Source: Candidatus Arthromitus sp. SFB-rat-Yit
GTDB lineage: Bacteria; Bacillota; Clostridia; Clostridiales; Clostridiaceae
Length of the DNA stretch: 32,000 bases
Assembly: GCF_000283555.1 (NCBI RefSeq)
Contig: NC_016012.1
Location: 660,001-692,000 of the forward strand
Direction of reading: 5' to 3'
Shown: piece by piece, positions 26,941 through 32,000 of the stretch
How positions within the stretch are numbered: position 1 is the stretch's first letter
Layout: each line of letters opens with the position of its first letter
The notes under the pieces: model-generated
Database searches by the model: none
Seen by the model: only the letters and a program-made list of their open reading frames with translations
Told to the model about the DNA's origin: nothing
Translations under genes and position numbers: made by a program

Positions 26941-26971
26941 AAAAAAAGTGGAACTTTTATTAAGTTCCACT
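26941..26971 (-). terminator. Rho-independent terminator of cls
   Basis: AGTGGAACTT (26947-26956) / AAGTTCCACT (26962-26971) lies immediately after the cls stop, and the minus strand continues with T7 (complement of 26941-26947). Confidence 0.7.
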
Positions 26972-26972
26972 T

Positions 26973-28421
26973 TTAAAATAGCAATACAAATAATCTACAA
27001 ATTGATTCTTCTAATTTTACTAATAGGGGTTTATTCTTTTCAAAATTTTCATCTAGTTTTGTTGAGCTCTTTATATCTTCATAAAAAATTTCTTTAGCCT
27101 GTCTAGCTATTTCAAAATCTGTGATAAACGCATTAATTTCAAAATTTAATGAAAAACTTCTCATGTTAAAGTTTGCAGTTCCAATTGATGTAACACTATT
27201 ATCCATAACAATAACTTTTGAATGGATAAATCCATTATATAGATATACATCTACCCCAGCTTCTATTAACTGATTAACATATGATGTTGATGCTCGATAA
27301 ACAATTCTTTTATCGTATATTTTTGGAATCATTATTTTAACTTTAACTCCAGATTTTGCAGTGCTTATAATTGATGATAATAAATTGTCATCTAGTGCAA
27401 GATATGGAGTTTGAATTAAAAGTTCTTTTTTAGCAGAATAAATCATTCGTATATACGAAGATTTAATATTTTCATAATTATTTGAATCAGGTCCGCTTGC
27501 AACGATTTGGGTGCATGCCTTATTTTTAACTTCAGATTTAGGAAAATATTTTTCCATAAAATTATCTTCTGTTTCAATCTTGTGATTACTTACATATGAT
27601 AGATCACGCATAAATTGAAGTTGTAGAAAATTAACAGCTTCACCAACTATTTTTATATGGCAATCTTTCCAAGGTCTTAGTCTTTTGTGTAAAGACATAT
27701 ATTCATCTCCGACATTTACGCCACCAACATACCCTATTTTTCCATCTATAACAACTATTTTGCGGTGATTTCTATAGTTTAGGTTAAGATTTATAAATTT
27801 CAAATATGAAGGGAAAAATGGATAAACCTCTCCCCCAGCATTTATAAGTTTTTTGAATAAAGATTTAGATACGCAAATGCAACCCACATCATCATAAATT
27901 ACTCTAACTTTTACACCTTCTTTTACTTTGTTCACTAGTGTATCGATCAAAAGATTTCCTATGTTATCATTCTTAATTATGTAGTATAAAATATGAATTG
28001 TGTGTTTAGCACTTTTGATAGTTTTGATTAAATCTTCAAATTTATCGTAAGCTGTGTTGAAAATTGTTACATCGTTGAATTGTGTTATGGCTGATTTATT
28101 ATGAAGAAAATTAAATTTTGCAATAGAGGTATCCAGATTTGGATCATCTGGCAATGAATCATATTCAGTATAATCGAGTATTTTTTCTAATTCATTGAAA
28201 ATTCTATGATTTCTCTCATCTATTTTCTTCTTATTTAACTTAGGACCACATCCAAATACAAAATATATATAAAGAGAGAAGATAGGAGGTAATAACAGAA
28301 ATGCAAGAATCCAAGATTGTATACTCCTAATGTCCTTTCTCTCTAAAAATATCATAATTAGTACGCTTAATATGTTTAAGGATATACATACCCATGAGAA
28401 TACTAAAACTAATATTGCCAT
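26973..28421 (-). CDS. cls: Cardiolipin synthase (two HKD motifs)
   Basis: N-terminal TM segments and two PLD/HKD motifs, HRKIVVIDGKIGYVGGVNVGDEY and HSKVIVMDNSVTSIGTANFNMRS. The ATG at 28421 is preferred because the AAGGAG inside the longer ORF (28428-28433) serves as its RBS. Confidence 0.9.
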   Translation of the reverse strand: MAILVLVFSWVCISLNILSVLIMIFLERKDIRSIQSWILAFLLLPPIFSLYIYFVFGCGPKLNKKKIDERNHRIFNELEKILDYTEYDSLPDDPNLDTSIAKFNFLHNKSAITQFNDVTIFNTAYDKFEDLIKTIKSAKHTIHILYYIIKNDNIGNLLIDTLVNKVKEGVKVRVIYDDVGCICVSKSLFKKLINAGGEVYPFFPSYLKFINLNLNYRNHRKIVVIDGKIGYVGGVNVGDEYMSLHKRLRPWKDCHIKIVGEAVNFLQLQFMRDLSYVSNHKIETEDNFMEKYFPKSEVKNKACTQIVASGPDSNNYENIKSSYIRMIYSAKKELLIQTPYLALDDNLLSSIISTAKSGVKVKIMIPKIYDKRIVYRASTSYVNQLIEAGVDVYLYNGFIHSKVIVMDNSVTSIGTANFNMRSFSLNFEINAFITDFEIARQAKEIFYEDIKSSTKLDENFEKNKPLLVKLEESICRLFVLLF

Positions 28422-28564
28422 AAAATACTCCTTCAAAAATTATAACGATAATATATAAATCTAAACGTAGTTTATATTTTACAAAAATTAATTTAAAAAT
28501 GCCATATCTTAAGTGAATAAAATTATTTTCTGTTGTTAATACTCCGAGTAAGGAGTGATAAAAT

Positions 28565-30091
28565 TTGGTAATTTCATTAAAAAGTGCTACTTTTAATTAC
28601 ATAAAGGGACGGATTATAGATATAGAGGTTTCAATTACAAAAGGTATACCATCTTTTAATATAGTGGGACTAGCTAACGTTGAGATTAAAGAATCAAGGG
28701 AAAGAGTTAGAAGTGCAATTTTAAATAGTGGATTTAAATTTCCTCTTGGTAAAATCACAGTCAATCTAGCACCGGCGAATTTGAAAAAAGAGGGATCTCT
28801 ACTTGATCTTTGTATAGCTACAGGAATACTTATTTGCTCTAAACAAATAAACCCAATCAAAAATTTATTTAATACTATAATAATCGGGGAGTTGTCACTA
28901 GATGGACATATCAAAAGTGTTAAAGGCAGTATACCGATTATTTTAGATGGAAAAGACGAAGGATATAATAATTATGTTTTGCCAGAGGACAACTATGATG
29001 AAACGGAAATCATTCAAGATGTAAAATTAAATTATTTTAACAATCTTAAAAGTTTTATAGCTTACGCTGAAAAGGGAATAGTAAGTAACATTAAATTAAA
29101 ACCTAAAAAAAGGTGTGAAAAAGATGTAAATGATATAAATTTAGAAGATATTTTGGGGCATGTTAGTAGTAAACGAGCTATTCAAATAGCAGCTGCTGGA
29201 TTCCATAACATAATTCTTTATGGTCCGGTTGGAAGTGGCAAGACCATGCTTGCAAAATCGTTCAAATCTATTTTGCCTGATCTTACATATGAAGAAAGTT
29301 TGGATAAAGGAAGAATTTATAATTTTACATCAATACAAGAAAATTATAGACAACCTGTATTTAGAGAAGTAAGTCACACGATTTCTAAAAGTTCATTAAT
29401 TGGTAGTGGACGTGAAAATAAAGTTGGTGAGATGATTCTTGGCAATAATGGAGTTTTGTTTTTGGACGAGATGCTTGAGTTTAAACGTGAAACGCTTGAG
29501 GCTTTAAGAAAAGTTCTGGAAGATAGGAAGATACAATTCAATAAAAATAACGAAATAATAGAGTTTCCGAGTAATTTTATACTTTTAGGAGCAACAAACC
29601 TTTGCCCATGTGGAAATTATTTAAATAATAGTGCTATAAAACAGTGCGTTTGTGATGTTGTTAAGAGAGAACGGTACATAAATAAAATTTCTAAGAGTTT
29701 GCTTGATCGTGTTGATATATTTTCATATACTCCCGTGATTGATTATGTAGATATAGGGGATAAGAAAGATATGAGGTTAACTAGTGAAGAGGTTTTGAAA
29801 ACTGTAGTTAAGGCACGTGAAATTCAACATTTTAGATTTAAAAAATATGGAATGAAATATAATTCTCAGATGAATAATGAGCTAGTTAATAAATTCTGTA
29901 AGCTTAGTCCATCCAGTAAACAAATCCTCGAAACAATTTACCGTAAAGAGAATATATCGACTCGTTCATATTTTAAAATTTTAAAAATTGCAAGAACCAT
30001 AGCTGATTTAAATCAAAGCGAAAATATTAATGATGGACACATAATGGAAGTTATAAATTACAGAAAATTTATAAACAATCAAGTTATTTAA
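28565..30091 (+). CDS. comM: YifB/ComM family Mg-chelatase-like ATPase
   Basis: N-terminal Lon-like ChlI domain (IDIEVSITKGIPSFNIVGLA), Walker A GPVGSGKTMLAKS, Walker B VLFLDEMLEF, and a Cys-rich insert CPCGNY...CVC. TTG start 9 nt after AAGGAG. Confidence 0.9.
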   Translation: MVISLKSATFNYIKGRIIDIEVSITKGIPSFNIVGLANVEIKESRERVRSAILNSGFKFPLGKITVNLAPANLKKEGSLLDLCIATGILICSKQINPIKNLFNTIIIGELSLDGHIKSVKGSIPIILDGKDEGYNNYVLPEDNYDETEIIQDVKLNYFNNLKSFIAYAEKGIVSNIKLKPKKRCEKDVNDINLEDILGHVSSKRAIQIAAAGFHNIILYGPVGSGKTMLAKSFKSILPDLTYEESLDKGRIYNFTSIQENYRQPVFREVSHTISKSSLIGSGRENKVGEMILGNNGVLFLDEMLEFKRETLEALRKVLEDRKIQFNKNNEIIEFPSNFILLGATNLCPCGNYLNNSAIKQCVCDVVKRERYINKISKSLLDRVDIFSYTPVIDYVDIGDKKDMRLTSEEVLKTVVKAREIQHFRFKKYGMKYNSQMNNELVNKFCKLSPSSKQILETIYRKENISTRSYFKILKIARTIADLNQSENINDGHIMEVINYRKFINNQVI

Positions 30092-30109
30092 TGGTAGATA
30101 TTAGAAAGG

Positions 30110-31213
30110 ATGATGAGTGTGAATTTTTATGATTATTGGATTTTGAAGACAAATGTAAGCTCAAATATTAAGATTAAACTTATGGAAGATTTCAAAATAT
30201 CTGAAGAAATATACAAAGAATTGATAGAACGTGGAAATTTAAATTATCTAAATTTAAACGAATACGACAAATTTGTTAAAACCTATAAAGAATTAAAAGA
30301 TGATTTTGATGTGAATAAATACAATGCTCTTCTTGAAAAGAATAATATAAAATTTGTAAAATTTGGTGATGACGAATATCCTGATAAATTTAAAAATATT
30401 GACAATAAACCATTTTCAATATTTTACAAAGGAAACATAAATTTATTGAACAATTATTCTATTTCAATTATCGGAACTAGAAATGCAACTCCATATGGAG
30501 AAGAAGTGTGCAAGAAAATATCAAGAGAATTAAGTTTAAATAATGTTGGGGTGGTTAGCGGAGGAGCTAGAGGAATTGATATACTATCTCACAAAATTTG
30601 TTTAGAAAACAACGGAATACCTATCTGTGTTCTTGGATCTGGATTATTGAATTACTATCCCAAAGAAAATTTCCACTATTTTAACGAAATAGGGCAGAAT
30701 GGTTGTATACTATCCGAATATGATGTGTACACAAATCCGGATAAATTTAATTTTCCTCAACGTAATCGTATAATTAGTGCTATTGGAGATGGACTTATAG
30801 TTATTGAAGCTAAAGAAAAGAGCGGAACAATGATAACCGTGAAATATGCACTAGATTATGGAAAAGATATAGCAGCAGTTCCGGGACCTATCTTTTGGGA
30901 TAAGAGCATGGGCTGCAATAAATTAATAAGAGATGGTGCTAGCATAATTTCAGAAATTAAAGATTTGTATGATATTTTTAAATTAAACAGAAATACTAAT
31001 AATATTGTTGGAAGAAATTACGAAGAATTGTTATCCGATCCTTCAAAGTACAAAGTTTTTTCATTGATAAAGAATAGGCCTAGCAATGTTGATGAAATTG
31101 CAAATGAAACTGGGATTAATGTGGTTGATATTTATAAAATATTATTTGAACTGGAAAGTTTAAATATTATTGAAGCATCTACAGGTAATTTTTATCAATT
31201 AAAGGCAATTTAA
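30110..31213 (+). CDS. dprA: DNA processing protein DprA (Smf)
   Basis: IIGTRNATPYGEE, VVSGGARGIDILSH, FPQRNRIISA and a C-terminal winged-helix-like tail. Located in the comM-dprA-topA context. Confidence 0.9.
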   Translation: MMSVNFYDYWILKTNVSSNIKIKLMEDFKISEEIYKELIERGNLNYLNLNEYDKFVKTYKELKDDFDVNKYNALLEKNNIKFVKFGDDEYPDKFKNIDNKPFSIFYKGNINLLNNYSISIIGTRNATPYGEEVCKKISRELSLNNVGVVSGGARGIDILSHKICLENNGIPICVLGSGLLNYYPKENFHYFNEIGQNGCILSEYDVYTNPDKFNFPQRNRIISAIGDGLIVIEAKEKSGTMITVKYALDYGKDIAAVPGPIFWDKSMGCNKLIRDGASIISEIKDLYDIFKLNRNTNNIVGRNYEELLSDPSKYKVFSLIKNRPSNVDEIANETGINVVDIYKILFELESLNIIEASTGNFYQLKAI

Positions 31214-31250
31214 AATAATTATTTCAGATAAATTGAAATTATTTTTTGGC

Positions 31251-31279
31251 ATTGACTATATATGAAAAAAAATATATTA
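31251..31279 (+). promoter_or_regulatory. Candidate promoter of topA
   Basis: TTGACT (31251-31256), 17-nt spacer, TATTAT (31274-31279). Confidence 0.4.
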
Positions 31280-31354
31280 TATTTAAAAAATTACATACTT
31301 AATTAATGTTGCTTAAGGGGAATGGAGGGATTACTGATCCTTTGGGATTAAAAT

Positions 31355-32000
31355 ATGGCAAAATATTTAGTTATCGTTGAATCGCCAGCAAAAGCTAAAA
31401 CTATAAAAAAATATCTAGGCTTGAATTATGAAGTTGTTGCATCTATGGGACATATTAGAGATTTACCTAAAAGTAGATTGGGTGTAAACATCGAAGATGA
31501 TTATGAGCCTAACTATATAAATGTTAGGGGTAAAGCTGACCTTATCAAGTCACTTAAAAAATATTCTAAAAAGAGTGAAAAAGTTTTTTTAGCGACAGAC
31601 CCGGATAGAGAAGGCGAAGCTATATCTTGGCACTTAGCATACATATTGGGGATTGATCTTAGTGAAAAGTGTAGAGTTGAGTTTAATGAAATAACTAAAA
31701 CAACTATAAAGAATTCTATCAAGAATGCTAGAAGTATTAATCTTAACTTGGTTAATGCACAACAAGCTAGAAGAGTTGTGGATAGGTTGGTTGGATATGG
31801 AATAAGTCCAATTTTATGGAAAACAGTGAAGCCTAAATTAAGTGCCGGTAGAGTTCAGTCTGCAGCTTTGAAGTTAATATGTGACAGAGAGAACGAAATA
31901 AATAATTTTGAAGTCAAACAATACTTTACTATAGAAGGCACTGGAAGAAAGAATTCTAAGAAATATGTGTTTAAACTTCATTCAAAGAACAAAGAAAAAT
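31355..32000 (+). CDS. topA: DNA topoisomerase I (3' end outside window)
   Basis: The frame is open from the ATG at 31355 to the window end, so it is absent from the ORF track (no stop). Toprim motifs [22 protein letters not shown] and [15 protein letters not shown], plus [11 protein letters not shown]. Confidence 0.9.
   Translation, partial: MAKYLVIVESPAKAKTIKKYLGLNYEVVASMGHIRDLPKSRLGVNIEDDYEPNYINVRGKADLIKSLKKYSKKSEKVFLATDPDREGEAISWHLAYILGIDLSEKCRVEFNEITKTTIKNSIKNARSINLNLVNAQQARRVVDRLVGYGISPILWKTVKPKLSAGRVQSAALKLICDRENEINNFEVKQYFTIEGTGRKNSKKYVFKLHSKNKEK

Noticed and set aside
28422-28436. TTG-initiated 5-codon extension of cls (MKEYF)
   Set aside because: The extension contains AAGGAG positioned 6 nt upstream of the ATG at 28421, so it is the ribosome-binding site rather than coding sequence.

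Overview
Strongly AT-rich bacterial chromosomal segment. Gene content and AGGAG-type ribosome-binding sites suggest a low-GC Firmicute, but the taxon cannot be fixed from sequence alone. Left edge: a 5'-partial OYE-family flavin oxidoreductase, then yraN and a secreted EndA-like nuclease on the minus strand. About 2.2-20.2 kb is a defence island with no integrase or transposase, bracketed by two diverged paralogous lipoprotein genes. The island holds a canonical type I-C CRISPR-Cas locus (cas3-cas5-cas8c-cas7-cas4-cas1-cas2 plus a 23-repeat array), two uncharacterised membrane proteins (HGSNAT/DUF1624-like and DUF898-like), and a type IC-like type I R-M operon (hsdM-hsdS-hsdR). Right of it: a small membrane protein, an ElaA-like GNAT, a PRD-domain regulator with an ascorbate-family PTS (EIIA-EIIC-EIIB), a convergent zinc-ribbon/SAM-methyltransferase gene, cardiolipin synthase, then comM-dprA-topA (topA runs off the window). 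Points worth a second look: (1) cas1 lacks roughly its first 55 codons, so adaptation is probably dead while the repeats remain near-perfect. (2) hsdS carries a perfect 12-bp x4 TAEL-type repeat at the position known to set target spacer length in type IC enzymes. (3) A G10/C10 tract lies inside the methyltransferase gene. (4) A T12 tract fills a sub-optimal 15-nt promoter spacer upstream of the second lipoprotein paralog. (5) cas8c has a strong internal SD+GTG consistent with Cas11c. I found no clearly new multi-gene system. The best candidates for undescribed function are the membrane pair between the array and the R-M operon, the lipoprotein paralogs, and the 444-aa methyltransferase.
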